This document shows, piece by piece, positions 46,656 through 58,427 of a stretch of 64,000 nucleotides of DNA. Origin of the DNA: Rebecca billardiae RCC1528 (taxonomy: Eukaryota > Protista > Haptophyta); the NCBI GenBank assembly GCA_965240325.2, contig OZ251223.1, forward strand, positions 4,464,001-4,528,000, written 5' to 3'. The translations under genes were made by a program, and so were the position numbers. Position 1 is the first letter of the stretch; every line of letters starts with the position of its first letter. The notes beneath the pieces are model-generated. The model was not told the origin of the DNA. It searched no databases and saw only the letters and a program-made list of their open reading frames with translations.

Positions 46656-47432
46656 ATGGCTCGCGCGTCTTACAGCTGCCTGGAGGCTCTGCCGGCGGAC
46701 GTCAAGATGATGGTCCTCACCCGGCTGGCGCCGTCGGCCCTGGTCGCGCTCGGCTCGACGTGCCGCTCGTTCCGCCGGATCTCGTGCGCCGGCGCGCTCT
46801 GGCGGCCGCTCATCAAGCAGCACTGGGGCCGCGCGTACTCGGACGGCCCCGCGCCCCACCTGCGCGGGTGGAAGCAGGTGTTCCGGCAGTGCTGGCTGGA
46901 GAGCTGCTACACCGAGCTGTGGGAGCTCGACAAGCGCCGCGTCGAGGCCGCGCGCACCGCCGACCGCGTGCGCACGCTCGCGCTCAACCTGGAGCACCGC
47001 GCGCACGTGCTCTCCACGCACGAGCGCGGCGCGCACAGCGCGGCGAGCGACCTGCTCGCGACGCGCGCGCGGCTCGCGGCGGCCGAGCGCGAGCTGGCCC
47101 TCGCCAAGTCGCGGCTGCACAGCGTCAACGCGCGGATCGGCGCCGTGCGCGCGCGGATCGGGCTGCTGAGGGACAGCGGCGACGCGGCGCGCGCGCGGCA
47201 CCAGCCCGCGCACTGGGCGCGGCCGCCGAGCGCCGCCGGCCAGCCAGGGCACGTTCGGCGGCCGGGCATCGTCCAGCCGCCCGCTTCGTCGGCCCGGCCG
47301 TGGAGCACGAGCATGCTGCAGCCCACCGTGCGCCACGCGCCCTACTACGTGCGCACCGCCGATGGGCTGCTGATGGCGGCGGCGTCCCAGCAGCTGTCGC
47401 ACGGCGCGCGCCGCCGCCGGCTCACCCGGTGA
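46656..47432 (+). CDS. F-box protein with C-terminal coiled coil
   Basis: 'LEALPADVKMMVLTRLAPSALVALGSTCRSFRRIS...LWRPL...W...GWKQVF'. Confidence 0.85.
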   Translation: MARASYSCLEALPADVKMMVLTRLAPSALVALGSTCRSFRRISCAGALWRPLIKQHWGRAYSDGPAPHLRGWKQVFRQCWLESCYTELWELDKRRVEAARTADRVRTLALNLEHRAHVLSTHERGAHSAASDLLATRARLAAAERELALAKSRLHSVNARIGAVRARIGLLRDSGDAARARHQPAHWARPPSAAGQPGHVRRPGIVQPPASSARPWSTSMLQPTVRHAPYYVRTADGLLMAAASQQLSHGARRRRLTR

Positions 47433-48111
47433 CGCGCACTCAGTCGGAGAGATCGGCACCGAGGCTTGGACTCCGGGCTCGATCGGATGGCCGGGCCTGG
47501 CCGGCCGCGAGCGACCTCGAGTCTGCTGGGCCGGCGGACCGAACCGCATACACACTATCGTCTATCATCATCGTCGATCGTGTAACCGGCGTTGTCCGGT
47601 GACTCAGTCCGCCGGTCTCACGGTCTGTGTGACAGTCCGCGGCCTACCGGCCTAGCCTACCGCGATCTGACGGGCCGTGTCACCGACTGACTGCGACCGA
47701 CTCACGACAGCGGCGGTCAGTCACAGTCACACCATCGTGTTGTCACCCGGCCTGTAGTACTCATCATTACGTAGTGAAACTGCTGACGCGAGCCGAGTGA
47801 GCCTCGGCTCTGCACCAGTGCCAGCGCCGGCAGCTCGGAATCGGGGCGCCAGCGCTGAGCGCAGTGTGCAGCTTGAGCTGCAGGCACGCGCCCGGCATTT
47901 GTCGCGGTGAGCACGAGTGTGGAGCCACGCGGGCCAAGCCGGCGGCGAGACGAGGGCGAGAGCGCGCACGGCGACGCAGAGCTTGCTGCACCCGCCCCAT
48001 GCCTGTCAGCCCGACGGGCAGATGCGTCGGGATGCTCGCCGGCAGCTGCGCCCCCGGCCGCACGCGGCGGCGGTTGGCGCGCGATGCGCCGTCGGCGCGT
48101 CGGCCTGGGCC

Positions 48112-50919
48112 TCAGTCGCGGCGGCGGCGGTCGTAGCGGTCGTAGTCGTCGTCGTCGCGCCGGCGGCGATCGTAGCGGTCGTAGTCGTCGTCGTCACGCC
48201 GGCGGCGATCGTAGCGGTCGTAGTCGTCGTCGTCGCGCCGGCGGCGGTCGTAGCGGTCGTAGTCGTCGTCGTCGCGGCGGCGGTCATCACGGCGGTCATC
48301 GTAGCGGCGGTCGTCGTAGCGGCGGTCGTCGTAGCGGCGGTCGTCGTAGCGGCGGTCGTCGTACCTGCGGGGGCAGGGGCGCGGTGGGCGGCGCGGCGCG
48401 GCTCAGCGCGGCCACGCCTCGCGGCGGGCGCGCGGTGCGCGCGCGCTGCCGCGCACACCGGTCGTAGTGTGGCGGCGGCGGCGGGTGGCGGTCGCCGTAG
48501 CCGCCGCCGTGGCTGGGCGGGCCCCGGCGCTCGTTGAGCTTCTCGTCGACCAGGCCCTTGACGATGTGCTCCGCCTTGGCGCGGCCCGACTTGTCGTGGC
48601 CGAAGATGAGCAGCTGCTCGTCCGCGCCGCGGCCGCCGCCCTCGAGGAAGCAGAAGGTGCCGCTGTCCTCCTCCACCTGCCGCAGGCACGAGCCGCGGTT
48701 GCCGGTCACGTAGCCGACGCAGTCGGGCGGCACGCGCACCACGCTCACGTCGGTGCGCTCCTCCAGGCCGTCGACGCGCACCGGGCCTGCACGCGCGCGC
48801 GCGCGCGGCGGCGGCGGGCGTGAGCGCGAGCGCGCGCGGCGGCGGCGGCGGCGGCGGGTGCGCGGGTGCGCTGTGCGCCGCGCGGTGCGCGCGCACCTTG
48901 GCGCTGCTTGAGCAGCCACTTGAGATAGTCGCGCGCGCGCTCGCGCTCGGCGCGCGTGCCCGCGAGGTGCGCGATGTGGCCCACGTACTCGACGACGCAG
49001 TGCGAGGCGCGCGCGAGCTTCTTGCGCGTGCCGCCGTCCTTGCCGAGCGCGTACGAGAGCTCCTGGTCGGTGAGCGGGTACGTGTCGGTGCCCCACTCCT
49101 CGTCGCACACCGCCTTGCCCGCCTCCTTTGTGAAGTGGCCCGGGTTCTTGGTCTCGACCGCAGACATGACCTTGAGCTCGGCGCCGCGCCGCCCGCGCGT
49201 GGGGCCGAAGATGGCGAGCTTCTCCGTGCCGCCCGCCTCGCGCGCCGTCTCGCGCGCCTCCTTGCCGTCGCGCTGCATGCGCGTCTCCATGAAGAACATG
49301 AGCGTGCCTACGCGCGCACGCGGGGCGGGGCGAGGGCGGCGCGTGAGGCGAGCGCCGCGCGTGTCGGCGCGCGTGTCGGCGCGCGTGTGCGCGCCCGCAC
49401 CCCACTCCTCCTCGATGCGGCCGAGCGTCGCGCGGCGCGCGCCCGTCACGTAGCCGACCGTGTCGCGCGGCACCTCGACCACCGTGCAGTCGTCGCGGCC
49501 CTGGGCGGGCAGCGAGTGCGCGGAGCGAGTGCGCGGAGCGAGTGCGGGCGTGCGTGCGTGCACGCGTGCGTGCGTGCACGCGGCCGTGCCGGGGCGGTGC
49601 CGGGGCGTTGTGAGCGGGAGGGAGATGAGCGCGAGGTCAGCGGCAGGGACACGGACACCCAGCGGGAGGGACACCGGGACGGTCGGCAGCACGGACGCGA
49701 GAGGCCGTGCCGGGCGTGGACACGGGGCGGGGCCGTGCCCATGGCGTTGTACACACCTTGTAGTCCACGTACACCGGCCCCTTGAGCTGCTCAAACAGCC
49801 ACGAGAGGTACTGCCGGGCACGCGCGCGCTGCTCCGGCGAGCCGCACCTGCGCGCACGGGGGCAGCCGCGCGCGTGAGGCGCCGCCGCCGGCGCGCGCGC
49901 ACGCCGCGCCGCGCGGGGCCGCGTGGGCCCGCGCGCGGCCGCGCACGGGGCGCCTCGCTGCGTGCGCACATGTAGACCGTGTTGCCCACGTACTCGACGA
50001 TGCACTCAGACGAGGCGGCCAGCTTCTTGCGCGTGCCGCCCTTCTTGCCGAGCGCGTACGAGAGCTCGTTGTCCTCGAGGCGGCGCGTGTCCGTGCCGAA
50101 GGCCTCGTCGTCGTCGGGGAAGGTGATCACCTCGGCAAAGTGGTTGCGCACCTTCGTCTCCACCGCAGCGAGCACCTGCGGCGGCGCGCGCGCGTGCGGC
50201 GCGCGCGCGCAGAGCGCGCGTGAGCGCGCGCGCAGAGCACGCGTGAACGCGCGCGCAGAGGGCGGTGGAGCCGGCGCGCGGCGCACCTTGAGGTGCGCGC
50301 CGCGGCGCGAGCGGCGCGGCCCGAAGATGGCGAGCTTCTCCTCCGCGTTGCCCGCGCTCGGCCCGCGCCGCCCGCGGTACTCCGCAAAGAACATGAGCGT
50401 GCCCCACTCCTCCTCGATCGAGCGCAGGAAGTTGCCCTGGCTGCCGGTGACGAAGCCGACGGCCTCGTGCGGCACGAAGACGACGGTGAGGTCGTCGTCG
50501 CCATCGTCCTCGTCGATCGACACCGGGCCGACGCGCTGCGCCATCACCGCCTCGACGTACTTCTTGGCGCGCGAGCGCGCCTGCGGCGGCCCCATGATCT
50601 CGAGCGTGCGCGAGCGCTCAAGCAGCTCGATGCGCGCGCCGGACACGCGCGCGATCTTTTCCTTGGTGCGGCCCTGCTTCCCAAGGATGAAGGCCGCGTC
50701 GTCGTCCGAGATCTCCAGCACGATCTTGTTCTCGTACTCGCGCGCGCCGCCCGCGGGCGCGGGCGCGGCGTCGTCGCGCTCGCGCGTGCGGCCGCGCCCG
50801 CCCTCACGGCCGTCGTCGTCGTCGTCGTCGCCGCGCGGGCGCGCGTCCACCTGCCCGAGCTCCTCCTCGTCGTCGCGCGCCGCGCCGCCGTCCACCATCC
50901 CGACGTCCTCGTCCGCCAT
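48112..50919 (-). CDS. Multi-KH-domain RNA-binding protein with a C-terminal R/D/Y repeat; introns 50176-50286, 49848-49969, 49501-49756, 49308-49400, 48787-48896, 48365-48458
   Basis: Six KH-type loops (ILGKQG, VTGSQG, ALGKKG, VTGARR, ALGKDG, VTGNRG); all six introns are GT-AG and restore the frame; the last exon encodes (YDDRR)n/(DDDYDRYDRRR)n. Confidence 0.9.
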
Positions 50920-51170
50920 CGGCCGCGGGCCCGCTCGCACGGCGGAGTGACACCCGACCCCCTCGTGTGCTCGCGCCGAGGGCGAGCCCGCGACGAGGCC
51001 GAGGCGCACTGCCGTCAGCGGGGGCTGTCCGGGGTGGGGCAGCGGCGCTGCAGCCGCTGCGGCGCACACCGCCCGGATCGGACTCATCGAAGCCGCGTGG
51101 ATCCCGATGGACAACAGAATCCCCGTATCATTTAACGGCCCGCCATAATAAAGACTGCTGCGCATGCTAT

Positions 51171-52725
51171 TAAACTGTGCCCTGGCGGGCGGGGGGGTCG
51201 GCGGGCCGTGCCAGTGCTGTCGCAATGTATCCTCTGCGGGTTCGCGTCTTTCCACAGCATTCGCTCGTGGCCGTGGGTGACGGACAGTCCGAGGACCAGT
51301 GACACCTGTGACCTGAAGTTCCCCGGCCACGTGCACACGTGACAGTGTCGACGTGACACGTCTCGGTGCGCATCAGGCAAGGCCCGCACACCCACGAGGG
51401 AATGTGCAGCACGCGGGGCGGGGCGGGTAGCCCGTTGCTCCGCGCGAGCGCGGGTACGCGCTGTATGTGCCGCATCTCGACCGCGATGGCGTAATCGAGC
51501 GCCTCGCCGCCGACGAAGCCGCCAGAGTAGATCGTGTGCATGTCCTCCTGCCGCCAGCCGAGAGCGGTCGTCGCGAAGACGCTTGCCGATGTCCGCTCCG
51601 GGCATGATGGACTCGGCGCAGGTCGCGTTGACATCGTACACTGCCGCCACGCTGAGCACGAGCGCGTTGACGTTCACGCGGTCGTCGCTCTTCGCCTTTT
51701 CGACAGGTCTGGCGCCCGCGTGTTCGGGCGGCACGAGGAGCTGTTGGTTGTGCGCGCGCGCGCGCACAGCGACAGCGTGTGCCACTCGCGATCGAGAGTG
51801 GGCACGAGCTGCTCACGCAGGCACATGAATCGCAGCGCATCCGTCACCGGCGTGACGACTTCCGCCTCGTCCCGCAGCGCCTGCGCCATGGACGAGGATG
51901 GCGCGGCGATGTGGCATGCTCGACGTTTCATCTCTCTGCGGATGGCATCACGGGCTTGTCTGGGTCGCCAACTCGCGAAGACGCGGTTGCTGCCACGGCG
52001 ATAGACCCGGGAGGTGCGTCCGCTGCGCGTCGTACGCCGTTGGCGCTGCGCTTCCGTCGCATTGGTCACCGTCGACGCCATGCAGGCCGGACGTGGGCTT
52101 CGAGGGACCGCGAGCGACGACTGAGTCCGGTGCGCGGATTCCGGCGATCGAGTTCAGAAGGCCGCGCCAAATCTTGCCTCGCGTGCGATGGCGCTTCGAA
52201 CCCGCCCGCGAGACACCTCGTGATGAATGCGTTTCCGCACCGAGCCCGACGCGCGGCGGTGGATCGTGCGAGGCGGCCATCGTGCGCAGCGCTTGCTTCT
52301 ATGGCCCGTGCGAGCGCTCGCCGTGCAAGTCGGGCGAGGATCGTCCCAGGTCGCACGATCGTGTCGACGCGCCGAGCGTACCTCCAAACGCGTCGACTTT
52401 GGCCCCCGTTCGACCTGCACGCGAGACGACGAGGGCAGCAATCGCGAATCGGGCGAAAAAGCCGTTCGGGAATCCCCGCGCGATGTCCGCGCCGGCGTTG
52501 GATTTGGCGCGCGCGGCCCACGCGCTCCGCGCCAGGCCGCAGATGGTTTTCGGCCGAGCGTCCCCAGTGGGAGCTGCGAGGGCGCCCGGTAGTGAGCGAG
52601 GCGATTTTCTTTTCTTGGCGAGGCGATTTTCGTCTTTTTCCTTTTCTTTGTCTTATCTTTTTCCCGGGCACTACAAGGGGCGGACCTACGGCCCGCCATA
52701 CGGCCCGCCATATACGGCCCGCCAT
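51171..52725 (-). mobile_element. Diverged, internally deleted, inverted copy of the 2127-bp element
   Basis: Same 5' region (A-rich tract, ...RFRTEPDARRWIVRGG) and 3' end (gcactggcacggcccgccgacccccccgcccgccaggg) on the minus strand; frameshifted Ulp1 N-part 'SGGFVGGEALDYAIAVEMRH'. Confidence 0.85.
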
Positions 52726-52777
52726 ATATGCTGTAATAGCAACGGCCCGCCCGCGCGACGTGACGCCGCGCGTGCCG

Positions 52778-55700
52778 TCAGCCGCCAGCGGCACCCCGCC
52801 GCGGGCGCTCGCACACGTAGTGCTCGACGGCCGTGCTGCACGGGCGCGCGAGCCAGCCGCCGCCGTCCATCACAGCGCAGTACGCGTCCGCGCTGAACAC
52901 GGGGAACAGCACGCCGCCGCGCGTCTCGGGCTGGCCCGGCGCCCAGTGGGCGTACGCGCGCGCGCCGAGCGCGCGCGCCGGCTCGGCTGCCTGCCCCGCG
53001 TCGCCGAGCGCGTCCGCGCCGCGCAGCCACGCGCTCCCGTTGGCCGCGTCCACGCCCTGCGGCGCCACCAGGTCGATCCACACGCCGCGCATGGCGCGCG
53101 CGCCGACCAGGCAGCCCAGCCGCGCCTCCTGCGCGGCCGAGGCGGGCAGCGCCAGCCGCGCGCCCAGCCGCGCGCACGCGCTCGCCGCGTGCGCGTGGTG
53201 CACCGGCCCCAGCTGCCCCCCCGCCGCGTGGCCGCTGCCGCCTCTGCCGCTGCCGCCTCTGCCGCTGTGGCCTCTGCCGCTGTGGACGCTGTTGGAGAAG
53301 AGATACTCGGAGGGGCCCTCGGGCGGGGACAGCCAGCCGCCGCCCACGTGCGCCAGCTGCGCGTTCGACGCGGCGCACGCGTCGCACGCCGCGCGCGCGG
53401 GCTGCACGTGCTCGTGCCGCACGTAGAGCGCCACGGCTGCCAGCAGGCAGAGCCACGCGCACGCCCACGGGCCCCACGCGAGCAGCAGCGTGCGCAGCCC
53501 CACCAGCGCGCGCGCGCGCGGCGTGTCCGCGGTGCTCGCGCGCGCCAGCACGGCCGCGTCCGCACCGCGCCAGCCGGGGCTGCCGGGCGGGCGCGGCCGC
53601 GTGCTGCTGCTACTGGCTGGCGACTCGGCCGCGGCCGAGCGCTCGGCCAGCTCGACCGCGCCGCCGCCGCCGCCGCCGCCGAGCGCGTGCTGCCGCTGCG
53701 CGTGCTCGGCCGCCGTGTACTTTGCGCACCCCCTGAGCAGCGCGCGCACGCGGCGGTTGAAGTTGGGCAGGGTGCCGCACGCCGCCTCGACGCAGCCGAG
53801 CAGACGGTCGTAGTCGGTGCGCAGCCGGCACTGCGCGCGCACCGCGTCGAACTCCGCGAGCTCGGAGGGCTCGAGCCCGGGCAGCAGCATCATGCTCACA
53901 GACTCGAGCCCCAGCCCGCCCATCAGCGCGCGGTCCACGGTCGAGGGCATCGCGCCCCGGCCCAGCGCGGCGCGGGGCCGAGCGGACGAGGCGGCCAGGC
54001 TGGGCGGCGGCACAAACGGCGTGACGGGCGTCGGCTGCAGCCCCTCCGCGGCGGCCGCGACCGCGCGCTCGGCGGCGGGCGACTCGGTGGACGCGCGCCC
54101 CGTGGCGCCGCGCCGGCCTGCTCGCGCGCCGAGCACCGCGCTGGGCGGCTCCTCCGCCTCGTCCTCCTCCTCCTCCTCCTCCATCTCCACGGCCCCGCGC
54201 ATCTGCTCAAACGTGAAGAGCTCGACCACGCTGAGGGGGGGGAGCGCAGGGGCAGGGGCAGGGGCGCGGCCAGAGGCGCGCGTCTGAGCGCCGCATGCGT
54301 GGCGTGCGCGCGGCCCCGGCCCGGGGCGGGGTGCCCTGCACTGCCCTGCACGCAGCGCACGCAGCGCACACTGCAGCGCGCAGTGCAGTACGCACCACCA
54401 CAGCCGCTCGAGGTAGGTCGGCCCCGCGAGGATGAGCAGCTCCCGGCTGGCTGCCAGATAGAAGGGCAGCAGCGGCAGGTCCGTCTCGACGTCGCCCTGG
54501 TCGATGCACGCGCGGTCTGAGGCGCGCGCAAGGGGCGGCGGCGCGCGCCCAACGCGCGTGAGGTGGCCTCCCTCCGCGCGTGCGCGTGCGCGCGGCCGGC
54601 TGGGCCGCACCAATCCAGAGCAGCGGCTCTCGCGCCGAGTTGAGCGACTTGAAGCGGCGGCGCCACGCCTGCAGCGCCTCCCACTTGTGCTCGGGCGGGT
54701 CGTGCCACCTGCGCGGCGCGTGGCGAGCGCGCGAGGCGGGCGCGCGCATGAGCGCGGTCGGCGCGTGCCGCGCGGTCGCACGGCCGCGCGCGCTGCTGGG
54801 CGCGCGGCTGCGCGCGGCTGCGCGCACGAGTGCGAGACGAACGCGTCGATGTCGTCGACGTGCACGGGGACGGAGCGCTCGAACCACGCGTTCGCGCCCA
54901 CCGCGTCCGTCGCGTTCGTCTCGAAGAGCGCGCGCGTGAGCAGGTCGCACCGGATGGCGCGCAGCCGCTTGCGCCCGCTCGCGATCGCGCTCGCCGGGTC
55001 GGCGCCGCCCACGAGCGAGGCGATGCCCGCCGCGGTGGCGAGGCCGGTGCCGCCGGTGGCGAGGCGCTCGCGCGCGCGCAGCCGCACCGCGGGCGTGAGC
55101 ATGAGCACGCCCAGCGCCGCCCACACCACCCCCGTCGCCGCCATCAGCGGGAACACCGGGTCGGTGCCGAAGCCGACCGTGAGCGCGGCCGGCACAATGT
55201 CGACGCCGAGCGCGAGCGCCGCGCCGAGCACGTGCAGCCCGTGCGTGCGCCAGATGCGGTCGACGTGCCGGCGCGTGTCGAGCGGCTCGAGCCAGCGCGG
55301 CCCGGCCGCGCCCGCCGGCCCGCGCCGCGCGCCCACCACCCAGCGCGCCAGGCCGACGGCGAACGAGCTGCCGGTGACGAGCGCGATCGAGGCGGTCGCC
55401 AGGTTGCTCAGCGCGACGTACACGCGCGGCGAGCCGAGGCACGTGCCCGCGCCGCTCGCGCGCAGCTGCGCGACGGCGATGCGGACGAAGAGGCTGACGT
55501 ACACGCACTCGAACAGCGCAAAGATCGCCGCCGCCGCCGCCGCCGCGGGCCCGTTGGTCGTGGGCAGCGCAAACAGGATGAGCGGGTACGAGCCCACCGC
55601 CACGATCAGCCCGACCCAGTAGAGGCGGTCGGCGTCATCCCACGCGGACGCGGCGATGAGCGTGCCGGACGCGATGAGCACCAGCCCGCTCGCCAGCGGC

Positions 55701-55960
55701 AGCACCGTCGTGCGCATCGTGTACCGCCGGCCCTGGCGCCGCGCGGCCGCCAGCAGGCCCGTCACGCGCTCCGCCGACATCTGCCGCCGACGGCCGGCGA
55801 CGGAGCTCAGCCGCCGCCGGCTGGGCGTGTGGCCGGCGGCATGCAGCTCGGGCACGCGATCGGCCGCCCCGGCGTCCTCGTCGCCCAGGCGCTCGTGCGC
55901 GCCGTGCGGCGGTAAGCTGGGGTGGACGCGCGCAGCCCCCGCGCCTGGAGGGCGGGCCAT
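52778..55960 (-). CDS. Receptor-like protein: ~6 TM helices + TIR-like domain + TM + C-type lectin-like domain; introns 54709-54827, 54517-54610, 54231-54395
   Basis: Spliced TIR-like core 'DAFVSHS|WHD..HKWEAL..W...LWI|DRACIDQ...LPFYLAASRELLILAGPTYLERLW|CVVELFTF'; TM 'LLLAWGPWACAWLCLLAAVALYV'; CTLD 'ACARLGARLALP...VWIDL...YAHWAPGQP...YCAVM.GGWLARPC....YVCE'. Confidence 0.82.
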   Translation of the reverse strand: MARPPGAGAARVHPSLPPHGAHERLGDEDAGAADRVPELHAAGHTPSRRRLSSVAGRRRQMSAERVTGLLAAARRQGRRYTMRTTVLPLASGLVLIASGTLIAASAWDDADRLYWVGLIVAVGSYPLILFALPTTNGPAAAAAAAIFALFECVYVSLFVRIAVAQLRASGAGTCLGSPRVYVALSNLATASIALVTGSSFAVGLARWVVGARRGPAGAAGPRWLEPLDTRRHVDRIWRTHGLHVLGAALALGVDIVPAALTVGFGTDPVFPLMAATGVVWAALGVLMLTPAVRLRARERLATGGTGLATAAGIASLVGGADPASAIASGRKRLRAIRCDLLTRALFETNATDAVGANAWFERSVPVHVDDIDAFVSHSCAQPRAAARPAARAAVRPRGTRRPRSCARPPRALATRRAGGTTRPSTSGRRCRRGAAASSRSTRRESRCSGLVRPSRPRARARAEGGHLTRVGRAPPPLARASDRACIDQGDVETDLPLLPFYLAASRELLILAGPTYLERLWWCVLHCALQCALRALRAGQCRAPRPGPGPRARHACGAQTRASGRAPAPAPALPPLSVVELFTFEQMRGAVEMEEEEEEDEAEEPPSAVLGARAGRRGATGRASTESPAAERAVAAAAEGLQPTPVTPFVPPPSLAASSARPRAALGRGAMPSTVDRALMGGLGLESVSMMLLPGLEPSELAEFDAVRAQCRLRTDYDRLLGCVEAACGTLPNFNRRVRALLRGCAKYTAAEHAQRQHALGGGGGGGAVELAERSAAAESPASSSSTRPRPPGSPGWRGADAAVLARASTADTPRARALVGLRTLLLAWGPWACAWLCLLAAVALYVRHEHVQPARAACDACAASNAQLAHVGGGWLSPPEGPSEYLFSNSVHSGRGHSGRGGSGRGGSGHAAGGQLGPVHHAHAASACARLGARLALPASAAQEARLGCLVGARAMRGVWIDLVAPQGVDAANGSAWLRGADALGDAGQAAEPARALGARAYAHWAPGQPETRGGVLFPVFSADAYCAVMDGGGWLARPCSTAVEHYVCERPRRGAAGG

Positions 55961-56981
55961 CGCGCGAGGCTTGTGTGAGTGGCATGCGCTATGATTCTTC
56001 GCGCGGGTTCGGCGGGCTGCTCGCGCGCGCGTCTCTATTCATCACGCCCCGGGCCCCGACCCGGGCGTCGGTTGATCACTTACACTTTTCGTCAGCTGGC
56101 GCCAACCGATTTCAATAAACTTGTTGCCACTGATGGACGCTTAAAACATCTCGAGGCCATCTCGGCCCACGGAAAATACCGCCGAGGCCGTTCTTGCCTC
56201 TTGGCAGTGTCATCAAGGTATGCCAACCGGTCCAGACCTCAGGATTTGGGAAACTCGGAAATTCAAAACCCGCCGCGTGCGCCGCGTGCGCCGCCACAGC
56301 CATCCGCCGCGAGGCGCCGCCGGCTGCCGCGCCGCCGCGGTCGTAGACGTGCACGCGGCGATGGCGCACGCCGTCGGGCAGAGGCATAGAGCCTTTCTGC
56401 GCCGCCCTGCGCCGGGCGACTCGCGTCTGCCCATCTTCTCCGCGCCTTGAGCCCGCACGGACGTGTGCGCCGCCTCTCACTTCAGCCGTGCTGTCATCCC
56501 CGCAAAGTATGCGCGCGCTGAGAGCAACCCGAGGCGCGCATCCCAGGAAGGCGTGAGCCATGTTACAGTACGGTCGTAGGCGCGCGCCATGGTGCCCAGC
56601 GGCTTCCCGCGCGTGCGTGCCTCTCTGCTGCCTCGGCAGGCAAGGCGCCCATGTCTCTGGCTGCACGTGGCGGCGGCGCAAGCTCGCGCTCGCGCGGGCC
56701 TCAAGCTGACCTTCCAGGTGCGAGGGCGCGAAGCGCTGCGCCACGCGCAAGCTACAGTAGTTCACCGCCTCGCTACCGCCCCGCTGCGTCCCATCGGAAG
56801 CTCTACTGGACATCGCGCGGCCTCGCCCTGGCGGCGGTAGGCGCGAGCGAGGTGGCGGGCGGCGGCGGCGTTCAACTGAGTCCGGGAGCGCGGCGCCCAG
56901 ATTTCCACCCGGAAACCCACCTGGGGTGGGTTTTGGTTTTGGCTGGCAAATCCCGAGGCAAGGGAGTCGTTAAATCAAACA

Positions 56982-57030
56982 GCGGGGGCCTAGCGGCCTT
57001 GTCCCGGTGGGGCTGGTCGAACACAGCGCG
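56982..57030 (+). repeat. 49-bp direct repeat, copy 1 (copy 2 at 58428-58476)
   Basis: gcgggggcct(a/g)gcggccttgtcccggtggggctggtcgaacacagcgcg, one mismatch between copies. Confidence 0.9.
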
Positions 57031-58427
57031 GCGACGGGCGCCGATTGAGACTATTAGATTCTGCGCGCTGCTTAAAAAGTGCTATAATATGGCGTATTAA
57101 TCTTTAATATAATCTTATAATATATTCAGGGGGCGGCCGCAATGTGTTGTGTGAAGTTCCGATCGTCTTGTGGTAAGTTGTGGTACGACAGTTACGCGAG
57201 CCGGGCCGTGACTGACGATGAGGGGGTGGCATCGCACATCTGTGGCTAGCGGCTATTTCCTGCAACGGAGCCGCTGCGTCGCGGAATGCATACGTGCTGT
57301 GAAATATATGGATGCCGATATTCAGGATTTGCGCCATTATTTGTCGCCTGATGAGGAATGGGTGGCCTGTTTTATTTCTACCAGATTCCATTTACTATGT
57401 CACGGCGACAAACCCGTGCTCGCCAGTGGGAATCGGTGTCACGCTCCGTTGGGTGTACCTCTCACGGCCGATGGCGGCCCCCACGTGCGCAAGGAATGCG
57501 ATTCGTGCACTCCTCGGTGACCGGTGAGTGCACGAATCCAGTTGCGGCGCTCGTCCGCCTCGTCGTTGTCGCACACGAGGTACACCCAACACCATGGGTC
57601 GGATCCCAGAACTCTCCGCGCGCTCGCGCCTGCGCGGCACTGGCAGGCTTGTTCTCATCATCTTGGCCAAGACTGCAGCCTGAAAGATGCGCGAGGACGC
57701 GTGTGCACGCCTTTCCGCGCGTCATGGGTGCGCGTGGCACGCACCTTGTAATATTATACGCCGAGGAGGCCTGAGCATCCGGCCTACTAACCTTCCGCGA
57801 TCACGTTCAAATGCAGGCAGCAAGCTGCAAGCAAGCGCACGCCGAACGGAAGCATCTCAAGCTCGACAAGGTAGTGGCGGCGGAGCGTTTAGAGCTGGTG
57901 GCGATTGCAGTCCATCTGGCTGTGAACTGGTCGCTAACTGACACGGGTGCGACGCAGCAGCCAAGGCAGAGTGCTTGCAGCTTGCAGAGGGCCTCCAGCT
58001 GCAGCGCCGGTTTGCCGCCGCTCGCCGCCGCTGCATCGTGCACACTGCCGTGCACCGCGAGTGACCCCTGTGTCAAGGCGAAGCACCACGGCAAGGCGAA
58101 TCAGCATGTCTGACAACATCCTTCGCCACAGCGCAGCGCCTCAACACGAGAATGCGCGAATGACGTGCCATCACTTCTCCGGACTAGCTCCGGGGCCCGC
58201 ACCAGCGGGCAAGCCGCCATTGTACCGCGTTTTGGCGAATGTCGCCTTTGGGCTCTCGTAGAAATAAAACAGGCCGGGTTGGATGTGATGGGAGCGAGTG
58301 AGTGCGTATTCTGTGAGCGCCGCGACGGTGTGCCGGGGATCGGACGATCACATTGTCCCGGTGCGCCAATCTACAGCGACTGCATGCAGGCTGATGTGCG
58401 CCGTGCGTGTGCGTGCCGTCACACCGT

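Noticed and set aside
56361-56840. Short ORFs divergent from the TIR-lectin gene
   Set aside because: Interrupted by stops and no motif; cannot support a CDS.
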